From an uncultured Polyangiaceae bacterium (GTDB taxonomy: Bacteria > Myxococcota_A > Polyangia > Polyangiales > Polyangiaceae), in assembly GCA_964467935.1 (NCBI GenBank), contig CAYYKK010000064.1:1-28367 (forward strand): a stretch of DNA of 28,367 bases. The letters run 5' to 3'. This document shows positions 16,229 to 25,173 of this stretch, one piece after another (position 1 is the stretch's first letter; each line of letters opens with the position of its first letter). The position numbers were made by a program, and so were the translations under genes. Under the pieces are notes generated by a model. The model had not been told where the DNA came from. It was given only the letters and a program-made list of their open reading frames with translations, and did no database searches.

Positions 16229-17856
16229 CCCGTCCCTCCCTCCTCGAGCGAGCCCGAGCCCGCGCCGCTTCGCTCGGCGCCGCCTTCGGACGTGGCGTTC
16301 GTCCGCTCCGCATCGGCTATGGACGCATCTTCCACGAGGCGAATGCGTATTCGCCGATCGAGACGACGCGCCGCGATTTCGAGCGCATGCATTGCCTCGC
16401 GGGCGAGGCATTGGCCGAAGCAGCGTCGCTCGGCGGCTCGGAGCTCGCGGGGTATTTGCCGCACGCCGAGCTCAGCGGCTTCGTCCAGGCCGCGCGGGTC
16501 GCAGGTGGCGTCACGGCGGTCCCGCTCACGTCGCACCTCGCCGTGCCGGGCGGCCCCATTTCGCGCGAGACCTTCGAATGGATGCTCGGCTCGCTCTTGG
16601 ATGCCATCGCGCGTGCGGGCGAGCTCGACGGCGTGTACCTCGCGCTCCATGGCTCCATGGAAGTATCCGGGCTCGGTGAGGCGCCCGAAGCCGTGATCCT
16701 CCGGCGCGTGCGGCGCGCCCTCGGCCCTGCGGCCGAGGTGGCCGTCAGCTACGATCTCCACGCCAATCTCTCCGAAGGGCTCGTCGAGGGCGCGGACGTG
16801 CTCGTCGCTTATCGCACGAACCCGCACGTCGATCTCGCGCCCACCGGCTTCCGCGCCGGGACGCGCCTCGTCCGCGCATTGCGCGGGATCATTCGCCCCG
16901 TCCACGCCTGGAGAAAGCTCCCGATGGTGCTCGGCGGCGGGACGACGCTGTCATTCACGTCCCCGATGAAGCAGGTCTTTCGACACATGCGCCGGATGGA
17001 GAAGGACCCGCGCGTCGTCTCGACGAGCCTCTTCATGGTGCACCCGTACACGTCGGCCGACGATCTCGGCTGGGCCGTACACGTGTCGACCGACGGCGAT
17101 CTCGCGCTCGCCGAGCGCCTCGCCGACGAGCTCGCCGACGTCGCGTTCGGCGTTCGGCACGTCGCATTGCCGCCGATGTTCGGGGCTCGCGACGCCATCG
17201 CCGAAGCCGAGAAGAGCGTCTTTCGCAGGCTCGGTCCCGTCACGCTCGTCGACGTCGACGACATCGTCGGCGCGGGCGCGCCCGGCGGCAACACGCGCAT
17301 CGTCGAAGCGCTCGTGCGCGACGCGCGAGGCCTGCGCGCGCTCGTGCCCGTGCACGATCCCGCGCTCGCGCGGCGCACGTTCGATCTCCCGATCGGAACC
17401 GCGGTCGACGTCGAGCTGCGCGGCACGCCCGGCTACGATCAGCCCGTCGTCCCCCTACGCGCGGTCGTCTCGGCGCGCCTCGAGGGCGACTTCGGTCGCA
17501 CGGTGCGGCTCTCGTCCGGCACCCTCGAGCTCGCCGTGACGGAGGTGCCACCGCTCCCCATTCACCCGAAGTTCTGGCGCGAGCTCGGCGTCGATCCGAG
17601 GCGCGCCGACGTGATGGTGCAGAAGAACTTCTTTCACTATCGCATCTTCTACGCCGCCATTTCGTTCGCCCACGTCCCGACGATCACCGGGGGAGCGACG
17701 AGCCTCGAGCGCGTTCGCACGCGGCCCTTGCGCGTGCCCGTCCACCCGGCGGTCGATCACGCCGATTGGCGCCCGCTCGATCCCGAGCTTCGCAGACGAC
17801 CGACCCCGCCCGCCGATCGGCAGAGCGCGAGTCGCGACGAGCCCGCCCGCCGCTGA
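16225..17856 (+). CDS. M81-family metallopeptidase (microcystinase MlrC-like; DUF1485 N-domain plus MlrC C-domain), 543 aa
   Basis: MTRPSLLER...LRIGYGRIFHEANAYSPIETTRRDFERMHCLAGEAL (DUF1485-like start)...VYLALHGSMEV...VSYDLHANLSEGLVEGADVLVAYRTNPHVD...VVSTSLFMVHPYTSADDLGW... The true ATG is at 16225. The upstream part of track ORF 15982 is junk. Translationally coupled to tetR. Confidence 0.8.
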   Translation: MTRPSLLERARARAASLGAAFGRGVRPLRIGYGRIFHEANAYSPIETTRRDFERMHCLAGEALAEAASLGGSELAGYLPHAELSGFVQAARVAGGVTAVPLTSHLAVPGGPISRETFEWMLGSLLDAIARAGELDGVYLALHGSMEVSGLGEAPEAVILRRVRRALGPAAEVAVSYDLHANLSEGLVEGADVLVAYRTNPHVDLAPTGFRAGTRLVRALRGIIRPVHAWRKLPMVLGGGTTLSFTSPMKQVFRHMRRMEKDPRVVSTSLFMVHPYTSADDLGWAVHVSTDGDLALAERLADELADVAFGVRHVALPPMFGARDAIAEAEKSVFRRLGPVTLVDVDDIVGAGAPGGNTRIVEALVRDARGLRALVPVHDPALARRTFDLPIGTAVDVELRGTPGYDQPVVPLRAVVSARLEGDFGRTVRLSSGTLELAVTEVPPLPIHPKFWRELGVDPRRADVMVQKNFFHYRIFYAAISFAHVPTITGGATSLERVRTRPLRVPVHPAVDHADWRPLDPELRRRPTPPADRQSASRDEPARR

Positions 17857-17946
17857 CTTCCCGCTCGAGCGCAGCGAAGCGGTGGCCCCGCGCGGTCTGG
17901 GCCCATCCCGTGAGGCGCCCTCGTCGCGCCATCGCGGACGAGACGC

Positions 17947-19035
17947 TCAGGGAGCCGGCGTGAAGAACGCATTGCCCGGATCGATGGGCGCGCAGCCGAT
18001 CGTGGCCGGGACGCCACAAAAAGGCGTCGAGTGCGGAGACGAGCCCGGACCCCCTGGGAGGTAGATCTCATCGCTGCAGCACCCCTGCACGTAGACGGGA
18101 TCCGGCGAAAGCGCGTCGCCGGGGGAAATCCACATCGCAGGGCAGTCGATGCTGCCGTCCGGGAATACGCAGTGCATCGAGCTCGCAGGGGACGCCACGC
18201 AATGCGTCGCCGCAGCGTCGATGGAGTTGATCGCGGGGTTGCACGCGGCAGCGAACTTGCCCAAGGAGAGGAGGCTCTGACAGCCCGAGAAGTTCGCAGA
18301 GTTGGACCCGCTGGTGCAGATCACGGTCGGGCACGTCACGTTGGCGCAGGCATCACCGCTGCAGACGAACACCCCCGAGCCCGGCGGGCCTGCCTCCACG
18401 CAGCTTTGATTGCTGAGACATGGAGGATGGCAGGATCCCATTCCGCTGCCTGTCGAGGAACCCGTTCCAGCGGCGGTCGTGCTGCTGCTCGAGGAGCTCG
18501 ACGTCGTCGAGCCCCCAAAGCACTCTGGTTGGCAGCTGGCCAAGTCGCATCCCATCGCGGCTTCGAACTTCGTGACCGCGGCGGCCGGCAATCCACTCTC
18601 GCATGCGGCCGTACAGGCTGAGTCCTTGCACGGCCCCGCGCAGGTGACGATCCCCACACAGGCAGGGTCGGCCGCGCAAGCTTGGTTTTGTGCACAACAA
18701 TTCGCCTTGACGCAGTCGTCGCAGGTCCCGGTGTACGCGAAGCCGCATGCATTGCTCGTGCATCCGACGGGCGAACAAGTGATCCTGTCGTACGCGCAGA
18801 ACTTCCCCTGCTGACAAGTCGGGCAGGTCGCGGGCTTGCACACCATTCCCCCGCCGGCCTTGGGCAGGCAGGCCATGCCCTGGCCCTGGCAAGGGGTCTG
18901 CGCGTCGCACGGAACCCCGCACCCGCTGAAGGTCGCCGCGGCGCCGCCCGAACCGCCCGGCGGGGGCTGCACCGGGGGGTTGCACGCCGAGGCGAGCAAG
19001 AGACCAACGAGCGCTGGAGCAGCACGGAGGAGCAT
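17947..19035 (-). CDS. Secreted cysteine-rich lipoprotein, 363 aa from ATG 19035
   Basis: MLLRAAPALVGLLLASAC carries a lipobox (L-A-S-A-C). More than 50 Cys sit in motifs such as CGVPCDAQTPCQGQGMAC, CKPATCPTCQQGKFC, CDDCVKANCCAQNQACAADPACVGIVTCAGPC. A poly-Ser/Thr linker STTSSSSSSSTTAAGTGSSTGSG is present. The track's upstream extension to 19380 lacks a signal peptide and is rejected. Confidence 0.65.
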   Translation of the reverse strand: MLLRAAPALVGLLLASACNPPVQPPPGGSGGAAATFSGCGVPCDAQTPCQGQGMACLPKAGGGMVCKPATCPTCQQGKFCAYDRITCSPVGCTSNACGFAYTGTCDDCVKANCCAQNQACAADPACVGIVTCAGPCKDSACTAACESGLPAAAVTKFEAAMGCDLASCQPECFGGSTTSSSSSSSTTAAGTGSSTGSGMGSCHPPCLSNQSCVEAGPPGSGVFVCSGDACANVTCPTVICTSGSNSANFSGCQSLLSLGKFAAACNPAINSIDAAATHCVASPASSMHCVFPDGSIDCPAMWISPGDALSPDPVYVQGCCSDEIYLPGGPGSSPHSTPFCGVPATIGCAPIDPGNAFFTPAP

Positions 19036-19072
19036 CACGGTGCCTACGATCGTGCACGAGCAAGGACGCGGC

Positions 19073-19119
19073 GATACCCGTGGGACCACGTAGGTCGACC
19101 CCGTGATCTCACGGGTATC
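19073..19119. promoter_or_regulatory. Perfect 10-bp inverted repeat GATACCCGTG-N27-CACGGGTATC in the divergent intergenic region between two lipoprotein genes
   Basis: Read directly from 19073..19082 and 19110..19119. The spacer itself contains ggtcgacc and repeated ccgtg. Function is inferred. Confidence 0.3.
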
Positions 19120-19222
19120 TCCGACCACGCACGATCGATATCCGAAGACGATGCCCTCACCGTTTTGCTCTCCTTTCGGATCGTCGGGTACGCCGCATCC
19201 AACTGCCGCGACGCAGGGTCGA

Positions 19223-20266
19223 ATGGCGCGCCTGCTCGTGACCACTGCGCTCGCGGTCGCGCCGCTCGTCGGGTGCACGCCGAGCGTGCTGCGATGCGGA
19301 CGACCGGAGCAGGCCGTCAAGGTCCCGAAGCCGACGCTCGAGTACGTGCTCGTCGAATACCGACAAGGGGTCGAGGCCACGCCGCCTCAGGTCGAGGTGA
19401 AGGCCACTCCCCGTTACGACGACGTGCGGACGAAGATCCACTCGGTGGCGATCCGACTCCCAGACTCCTGCCTCAACGAGGCGGCGTCGCAGGTGTCGGG
19501 CGTTTCTCAGCACACCGAGACGATCTTCCAGACCACGTGCGGCCCCTGGCTCAGCGAGATCGAGAAGGCGCTGGCCAACGCGGGCTACCAGGTCTTCTCC
19601 TGGGACGCGCTCTGGAAGCTCGAGAAGCAGGAGAACCTGTCGACCTACAACGCCGGAAAGAAGCTCGGCGCCGACATCGTGTTCGTGTTCAACAGCCTCG
19701 AGGCCGGGGACATCAAGTCGGGGAGCGCGCTGAAGACCACGCTGAAGTACTCCGTCTCGAATGGGCGCGGAGAGGTCCTCGGACCGAAGCTCCTCGACGA
19801 GGACACGCGGCGAGGCTTCGGCGCCTTCGTCGAGGGTGTGCTGCGGCAAGGGGACCAGGCCAAAGGGGTCGTCGCCCTGTCCTCGGTGCTCGATTCGACG
19901 GCGGTATTGACCGGAAACAACGAGCGAGTGGGCGACAAGGCCGCGGGAGAGTCCATTTGGTTCTACCGGAGAGCGGTCATCTTTCCCATGCAGCGCAACT
20001 CCGGAATGCGCTTCCTCTTCGCGCGCCTGCTCGCGTGTCCGGACTGCGCCACGCCCTCACCGACTCTCCAACAAGAGCCGTGGAAGCCGACGAGACGGGA
20101 GGTCGCCGTCTCGCCGGCGGTGATCGCACCGCCGCGTCTGAGCGCCGAAGACACCGTTCAAGACGCGACCGCGACGGCCCTCGATCCCTACAAGGCGGAG
20201 CGATTGCAGCTCATTCGGGCAGGGGCGCAGGCGTTCGTTCAGTCGTTCCAGGAGGGCACGCGATGA
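19223..20266 (+). CDS. Lipoprotein with a CsgG/LpoB-like core (tentative), 347 aa
   Basis: MARLLVTTALAVAPLVGC is a signal peptide with lipobox. Core: CGPWLSEIEKALANAGYQVFSWDALWKLEKQENLSTYNAGKKLGADIVFVFNSLEAG fits the l..ie.aL...Gy.V..r..l..vl.E.......a.klGadyvv.G.v pattern shared by CsgG/LpoB-type lipoproteins. This is from memory and tentative. The track's 19103 start is rejected. Confidence 0.55.
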   Translation: MARLLVTTALAVAPLVGCTPSVLRCGRPEQAVKVPKPTLEYVLVEYRQGVEATPPQVEVKATPRYDDVRTKIHSVAIRLPDSCLNEAASQVSGVSQHTETIFQTTCGPWLSEIEKALANAGYQVFSWDALWKLEKQENLSTYNAGKKLGADIVFVFNSLEAGDIKSGSALKTTLKYSVSNGRGEVLGPKLLDEDTRRGFGAFVEGVLRQGDQAKGVVALSSVLDSTAVLTGNNERVGDKAAGESIWFYRRAVIFPMQRNSGMRFLFARLLACPDCATPSPTLQQEPWKPTRREVAVSPAVIAPPRLSAEDTVQDATATALDPYKAERLQLIRAGAQAFVQSFQEGTR

Positions 20267-21036
20267 GCCCCTGGAGGAGAGCCGCTCTGGGGATCTTGCT
20301 CGGCGGGATCGCCGCGACGACGTCGCCGTCGCGAGGGTTCGCGCAGCCGGTCGCCCCACCACCCTCGCCGCCACCGCCGCTCGCGCCACCGGCGCCACCC
20401 GCACCGCCCCCGCCGAGCGCTCCCGCGCCGGTCGCGGCCCAGGCCGCGCCTGCCCGCGTGGCGGCCCCAGGCGAGGCCGCTGAAGATATACCGTTTTACG
20501 ATCCCGGGACGATGGTGACGCCTCCCGTGGTCCGACAGCCGCGCGAGCCCGAGCCGTCCAGTCCCTTGATCCTCGCGCTGCAACCCCGGGTCACGAGGCT
20601 CGTCGTCCCCGACCTGAGCAGCTCGGCGACGTTCGTCGAGACCAGCCTCTTCGTCGGGACCGAGTGGATTGGCGGGAGCGTCGGCTACGCGAACGTCGCA
20701 GGGTCCAACGGAGTCGCGTTCGGGGTAGGCGCCTTTCGCTTCGTTCCCGGCGTCAAGCTCCTCGACGGAAACGGCTTTCGGCTGAGCCTCGTGCCGCCGA
20801 CGCTGGACGCGCGGTTCATCTTCCTACCGGGAGGATCGACGGGGGACAAAGTGCTCGCGGCCAGCACCGACGCCCTGGGGATCCGGTTCTGCAAGTGCGC
20901 CGGGAGCTTTCCCCTCGTGGTCACGGCGCGCGGCCCGACGCTGAGCGGGGGCTTTCTGACCTACGCCGACGGAACCAACCGAGGATTGTACGGCGTCGGC
21001 GCCGCCCTCGACATCGGAATGGGGATCCCACTATGA
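20263..21036 (+). CDS. Secreted protein with a proline-rich N-terminal segment and a Gly/beta-rich C-terminal domain, 257 aa
   Basis: The ATG at 20263 overlaps the upstream stop (ATGA), and SD ggaggg lies 6 nt upstream. The signal peptide MSPWRRAALGILLGGIAATTSPSRGFAQP is followed by PVAPPPSPPPPLAPPAPPAPPPPSAPAPVAA, then SLFVGTEWIGGSVGYANVAGSNGVAFGVGAFRFVPGVKLLDGNGFRLSLVPP... Confidence 0.6.
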   Translation: MSPWRRAALGILLGGIAATTSPSRGFAQPVAPPPSPPPPLAPPAPPAPPPPSAPAPVAAQAAPARVAAPGEAAEDIPFYDPGTMVTPPVVRQPREPEPSSPLILALQPRVTRLVVPDLSSSATFVETSLFVGTEWIGGSVGYANVAGSNGVAFGVGAFRFVPGVKLLDGNGFRLSLVPPTLDARFIFLPGGSTGDKVLAASTDALGIRFCKCAGSFPLVVTARGPTLSGGFLTYADGTNRGLYGVGAALDIGMGIPL

Positions 21037-21668
21037 GCAAACGCAATGGCTTCTTTGCATTCGAGCCTTCGCGACCGCGTCTGCTGCATCCGTCGCGCCG
21101 AGGCATCGTCGTCTTCTGCCTGTTGGGCCTCGGCGCGTGCAACACGGGTGTCTTCGCCGGGAACGACTGCGTGGACGCGGCCCAGCGCCTCGCGTCCAAG
21201 TTGCAATCATGCGGACTGTCCCAGCCGTCGGAGGCGACGGCCTCGGGCGCGGGTGGAGCGGCGCCCGTGTGTCCTCCGGACGAAGGTCAGCGGGCCAAGG
21301 CGATCGCGGACTGCACCGACGCCGCGACGTGTGAGGCGGTGATCGGAACCGACAGGGCCGGCGCCCTCCAGCTCGCTCAGTGCGTGGCGGCGGCACAACA
21401 AATGACCTCCAGCACCGGCCTGGGCGGCGTCGGGGCGAGCTCCTCGACCGGCGCGCCAAAGAGCATCGGCCCGTGCAACATTTGCGGCACCTGCAACAAC
21501 AGCGATGTCCAATGCAATTTCCCAGAGTTCGGGACGGACATCCGCGTGAACAAGGCGATGCCTTATTGGTGTGTCACGAAGGGCTGCACATTCATCGAGG
21601 CCGCGAGCGCCAGCGACCCTACCCTCGTCAACAATTGCGGCTCGGTCATCCATCAGCTGTGTCAATGA
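21033..21668 (+). CDS. Cysteine-rich lipoprotein, 211 aa
   Basis: The ATG at 21033 overlaps the upstream stop (ATGA). MSKRNGFFAFEPSRPRLLHPSRRGIVVFCLLGLGAC carries a lipobox L-G-A-C. Many Cys follow (NDCVDAAQ...SCG...PVCPPDEG...CTDAATCEAV...PCNICGTCNNSDVQCNF...WCVTKGCTF...NNCGSV..LCQ). The 3' end overlaps the kinase gene's 3' end by 23 bp (convergent). Confidence 0.6.
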   Translation: MSKRNGFFAFEPSRPRLLHPSRRGIVVFCLLGLGACNTGVFAGNDCVDAAQRLASKLQSCGLSQPSEATASGAGGAAPVCPPDEGQRAKAIADCTDAATCEAVIGTDRAGALQLAQCVAAAQQMTSSTGLGGVGASSSTGAPKSIGPCNICGTCNNSDVQCNFPEFGTDIRVNKAMPYWCVTKGCTFIEAASASDPTLVNNCGSVIHQLCQ

Positions 21669-24600
21669 CGGGCAGCGCCAGCCTCGCGAGCCCTGCGCGC
21701 GCCTCGACGGCGTCGAGGCGCATGTCGAGCTGCTCGGCGAGAGCGAGGGCTCGGCGAAGGTGCTTGTCAGCCTTCCTCGGTGTCCCGCGCGCGAGCGCGA
21801 GCTGCCCCGAGTAGAGCCAATACCTCGGTCTCGAGGCCGCGAACGAGGGCCCGAATCGGCGCAGCACCGCGATGGCGCGCTCGACCCAGCCGAGCGTGTC
21901 GTCCGAGGACTCTTTCGAGCCCGCGGCGAGCGAGAGGCCAGCCTGCGCGGCGCCCATGCAACCGTGCACTGCGTGGTAGACGCCCGGGTCTGCGCGCTCA
22001 CCGATCTCGACGGCCTCACGGAGCTTTTCGTGCGCGTCGCTCGCCCGGCCGACGCGGCTCGACGCGAGCGCGACAATTCCCGCCACCATCGTTCGGTCGG
22101 CGAGCATGGTCTCCTGCAAGACCTCCGTGGCCGCGCTGCACACGGCGAGGGCCTGCTCGGGCGCGCCGAGCGCGAGGAGCATCCGCGCCTTGTCGCAGAG
22201 CGCCCATAGCTGGGTCTGGGTGTCGCCGCGCGACAGGGCGGACGCGTACCCTTCGTCGGCGAGAGAGATCGCGCTCGCCGGGTCCCCGCGCATCGACTCG
22301 ATCTCGCAGAGGATGCTCAGGCACTCCTCGCGCCTCCGAAGCTCTCCGCAGCGCGTCGCGAATTCGAGACCCCATTTCGCCATGTGGGTCGCGCGTTCCC
22401 ATTCGGCCATTCCACAGCGATAGTAGGCTTCGACCATTCCCACCCAGGCGCAGCTCGATGGATCCTCCGAGATCGCAGCGAGCTCTTGGGATCTCCGCAA
22501 CATCCGATCGGCGAGGCCGTGGAGCGGGACGAGGCCGAGCATGGCCCCGAAAGTGGCATTTCCACGCGCCATGAGCGCTGGAGACCCGGACCGAGCGCCG
22601 AGCTCGCGCAGCCTCGTGGCCGTATGCACCAATGCGAGGTTGTCGGAGAGCAAGAAGCAGAGCCCCTCGGTCGAGCCGTAGATGTCCGCGATTCGACGAA
22701 GGCCTTCTTCGGTCGCGTCCCTACGAGGATTCTTGAAGAACCCCTTCGCCAAGCTCACGAGGGTCCGTCCTGCGAGAGCCGCACGGGACCTCGGAAAGGG
22801 GCTCCCCAGCAGCTGAAGGGCCCGCTCGTGGTGCTCCCTGCTCTCGTCGATGAGACCCACCGCATTCAATGCGGTGCCAAGCTCTCGCTCCAAGCCGGCC
22901 CGGATGGAGTCGGAGACGCCTCGATGCGCTGCCGCGACGAGTGCGGCCCGGAGCAACCTCGCGGCCTCGTGGTTCGCATAGCTCGCCGACGCTGCCTGCG
23001 CCGCGGCCTGCAGGTGGGGGAATGCCGACGCATGCTCGGCGGCCTCCATGTAATGAATGCCAATCTGGCCCGAGAGGCGGGCGCGCAGGGGGGCGCGCTC
23101 CTCCGTCTCGAGCTCTCGCTCCATCGCGACGGCCGCCGCCTTGTGGAGTCGGCCCCTGCTCTCGGGGCCGATGAGCGCGTAGACCTGCTCTCGGAGGTTG
23201 TCGTGTTCGAAGCGCCAACCTTCGCTCGCGAGCTCGAGCACACTCCGCGTGCGCAGCTCGTCGAGGCCTCGACCGAGCACGCTCGCGTCGAATGAGCCCG
23301 TCTTGGCGATGAGCGGCTCTGCGACCTGCCCCGAGAGGACGGCGACGCCCCCGGCGCCCGCGCGCGCCTCTTCCGACAGCGTCTTCAAACGCCGTGACAC
23401 GAGCTCCGCGATCGGCACCTGGCCCTCGGGAAGCACGCCGCCGGAGCGGACTTCCCAGCGTCCCTCGTCGCTGCGCCGCAGCGTGCCGGCTTCGAGGGCA
23501 GCGCGCAGATACTCCGCGACGAAGAAGGGATTTCCTCGTGACGCCCGGGCCAAGGACGACACGAGGGCGGGTGGACTGTCGGAGGCGCCGAGCATCATGG
23601 CGGCCATCGTGGGGATCACGCTCGTGTCGAGCCGCGAGAGCGGGACTTGGTCCAACCCGGGAGTGCCGAGGAGCCGATCGATCCTCGGATCGGCTTCGTC
23701 CCGCCGTGCCGCGCCGAGGATCCGAATGGGCACTCTCGCGAAGCGTTGGGTTCGAGCGACCTGCTCGACCCACGCGACCGTGACGTCGTCCGCCCATTGC
23801 AAGTCATCCAGGACGAGGAGGAGCGGGTTGGCGTCGGCCATGGCCGCGAGCGTCTCGGAGAGGGCCGCGAGGAGGCGCTGCCGAGCCGCCTCGGGGAGAA
23901 GGGGTGGGGGCAGGGGCTCCGCGTCGTCAGCCAAGTCGCCGAATTCGGGCAGGACCGCTCCGAGGACGCGGGCGCGGCCTCCGAGCAATCGCCGCGACTC
24001 GTCCACTCCCCACTCGCGAACGCGCATTGCGATCGTCGCGAGCGGGCCGATCATCGACTCGAGCGGCGTCGCCGCGGGGCGCCCGAAGCTGTGACCGCTC
24101 ATCCCCGCGCTCGATCCCGTGAGCACTCGGAGTCCCCTGCGCGAAGCGGCGCGAACGATCTCCAAGGCCAGCCGGCTCTTGCCGATGCCGCTCGGGCCCG
24201 ACAGCACGGTGACGCCGCCTTCCCCCTTCTCCAACGCGTCGAGAGACACGCCGAGCTGGCGGATCGTCTCCTCGCGACCGACGAGCCCCGGTCGGCAGAA
24301 GTGCGGCCGTGGGCGCCACTCGGCGTGGGAGGGCGGTCGTCCACCGAGGCGCACCAGGGCTCTCACCACGTCGTCCGCGTAGGCCGGGCGCGAGGTCGGG
24401 TCCTTGGCGAGCAAGCGCAAAACGAGCGCGTCGAGGTCCTTGGGTACCGCCGGCGCGCGCTCGGACGGCGGGCTCGGGGGATGGTCCAGGTGAGCACGCA
24501 AGACGGCTCGGACGGTGCCGTCGAAAGGCGGGTGCCCGGTGAGCAGCTCGTGGAGGATGCAGCCGAGCGAGTAGAGGTCTGCGCGACCGTCCACGACGGA

Positions 24601-25173
24601 CTTCGAAATGACCTCCGGCGCCATGTAGGCTGCGGTGCCTGCTACCTCGACCTCGTCCACCGGCTCCCGGTTCGTGCCGCCCGCGAAATGGGTCGAGAGC
24701 CCGAAATCGAGGAGCAGGGGCGCGGCCTCGTCGGGGACGAGCACGTTGTCGGGTGTGAGATCGCCATGGACGAGGCCTTCACCGTGGAGAAACGCGAGCG
24801 TGCGCGCGAGCGCAGCCGCGACCGTCAATGCGCTGGTCACGAAGGCATGCTCGTCGCGCGCGACGCTCGCCCACCGGCGCAGCGATGGCGCTGTGACGAG
24901 AGGCATCGCGAGCCAGTGCTTCGTCCCCTCGATGCCATGGGCGAGGATGGGAATGATGCCGGGGTGTCGGATACGCGCAAGGGTCGTGACCTCACGGTTC
25001 ATCGCGCGCAGGTGGGGCTCGCGAACGCTGCGACTCACCTTGAGGGCTATCGGCTTTGGGTCGGCTCCATATGCCTCGTAAATCGTCGCGGTGCTCCCTT
25101 GGGCGAGGACGGTTCCCAGTGCGTAGCCACCAATACGTTCCCGCCCGTCTGGTGCGGCGGCGCCGGTGCTCAT
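21646..25173 (-). CDS. Multidomain Ser/Thr protein kinase fused to a STAND/AAA-type NTPase and TPR repeats (1175 aa)
   Basis: The kinase subdomains are IALKV (VAIK), HGDLTPDNVLV (non-RD catalytic loop), LLDFGLS (DFG) and AAYMAPE (APE). P-loop: VTVLSGPSGIGKSRLALE. Many TPR-like helical repeats sit in the C-terminal half. The ATG overlaps the upstream activator's stop (ATGA on the minus strand). Confidence 0.85.
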   Translation of the reverse strand: MSTGAAAPDGRERIGGYALGTVLAQGSTATIYEAYGADPKPIALKVSRSVREPHLRAMNREVTTLARIRHPGIIPILAHGIEGTKHWLAMPLVTAPSLRRWASVARDEHAFVTSALTVAAALARTLAFLHGEGLVHGDLTPDNVLVPDEAAPLLLDFGLSTHFAGGTNREPVDEVEVAGTAAYMAPEVISKSVVDGRADLYSLGCILHELLTGHPPFDGTVRAVLRAHLDHPPSPPSERAPAVPKDLDALVLRLLAKDPTSRPAYADDVVRALVRLGGRPPSHAEWRPRPHFCRPGLVGREETIRQLGVSLDALEKGEGGVTVLSGPSGIGKSRLALEIVRAASRRGLRVLTGSSAGMSGHSFGRPAATPLESMIGPLATIAMRVREWGVDESRRLLGGRARVLGAVLPEFGDLADDAEPLPPPLLPEAARQRLLAALSETLAAMADANPLLLVLDDLQWADDVTVAWVEQVARTQRFARVPIRILGAARRDEADPRIDRLLGTPGLDQVPLSRLDTSVIPTMAAMMLGASDSPPALVSSLARASRGNPFFVAEYLRAALEAGTLRRSDEGRWEVRSGGVLPEGQVPIAELVSRRLKTLSEEARAGAGGVAVLSGQVAEPLIAKTGSFDASVLGRGLDELRTRSVLELASEGWRFEHDNLREQVYALIGPESRGRLHKAAAVAMERELETEERAPLRARLSGQIGIHYMEAAEHASAFPHLQAAAQAASASYANHEAARLLRAALVAAAHRGVSDSIRAGLERELGTALNAVGLIDESREHHERALQLLGSPFPRSRAALAGRTLVSLAKGFFKNPRRDATEEGLRRIADIYGSTEGLCFLLSDNLALVHTATRLRELGARSGSPALMARGNATFGAMLGLVPLHGLADRMLRRSQELAAISEDPSSCAWVGMVEAYYRCGMAEWERATHMAKWGLEFATRCGELRRREECLSILCEIESMRGDPASAISLADEGYASALSRGDTQTQLWALCDKARMLLALGAPEQALAVCSAATEVLQETMLADRTMVAGIVALASSRVGRASDAHEKLREAVEIGERADPGVYHAVHGCMGAAQAGLSLAAGSKESSDDTLGWVERAIAVLRRFGPSFAASRPRYWLYSGQLALARGTPRKADKHLRRALALAEQLDMRLDAVEARAGLARLALPVIDTADG

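Noticed and set aside
17905-17945. Possible stem-loop (ctcgtcgcg ... cgcggacgag) between the convergent MlrC-like and Cys-rich lipoprotein genes
   Set aside because: The stem is imperfect and there is no T-tract, so it cannot be supported as an intrinsic terminator from sequence alone.
18682-20262. N-terminal 1580 nt of the 784-aa plus-strand ORF, and the 19103 start of the lipoprotein ORF
   Set aside because: The upstream parts lack coding character. The true starts are the Met residues followed by signal peptides (20263, 19223), which have SD sequences and ATGA coupling.
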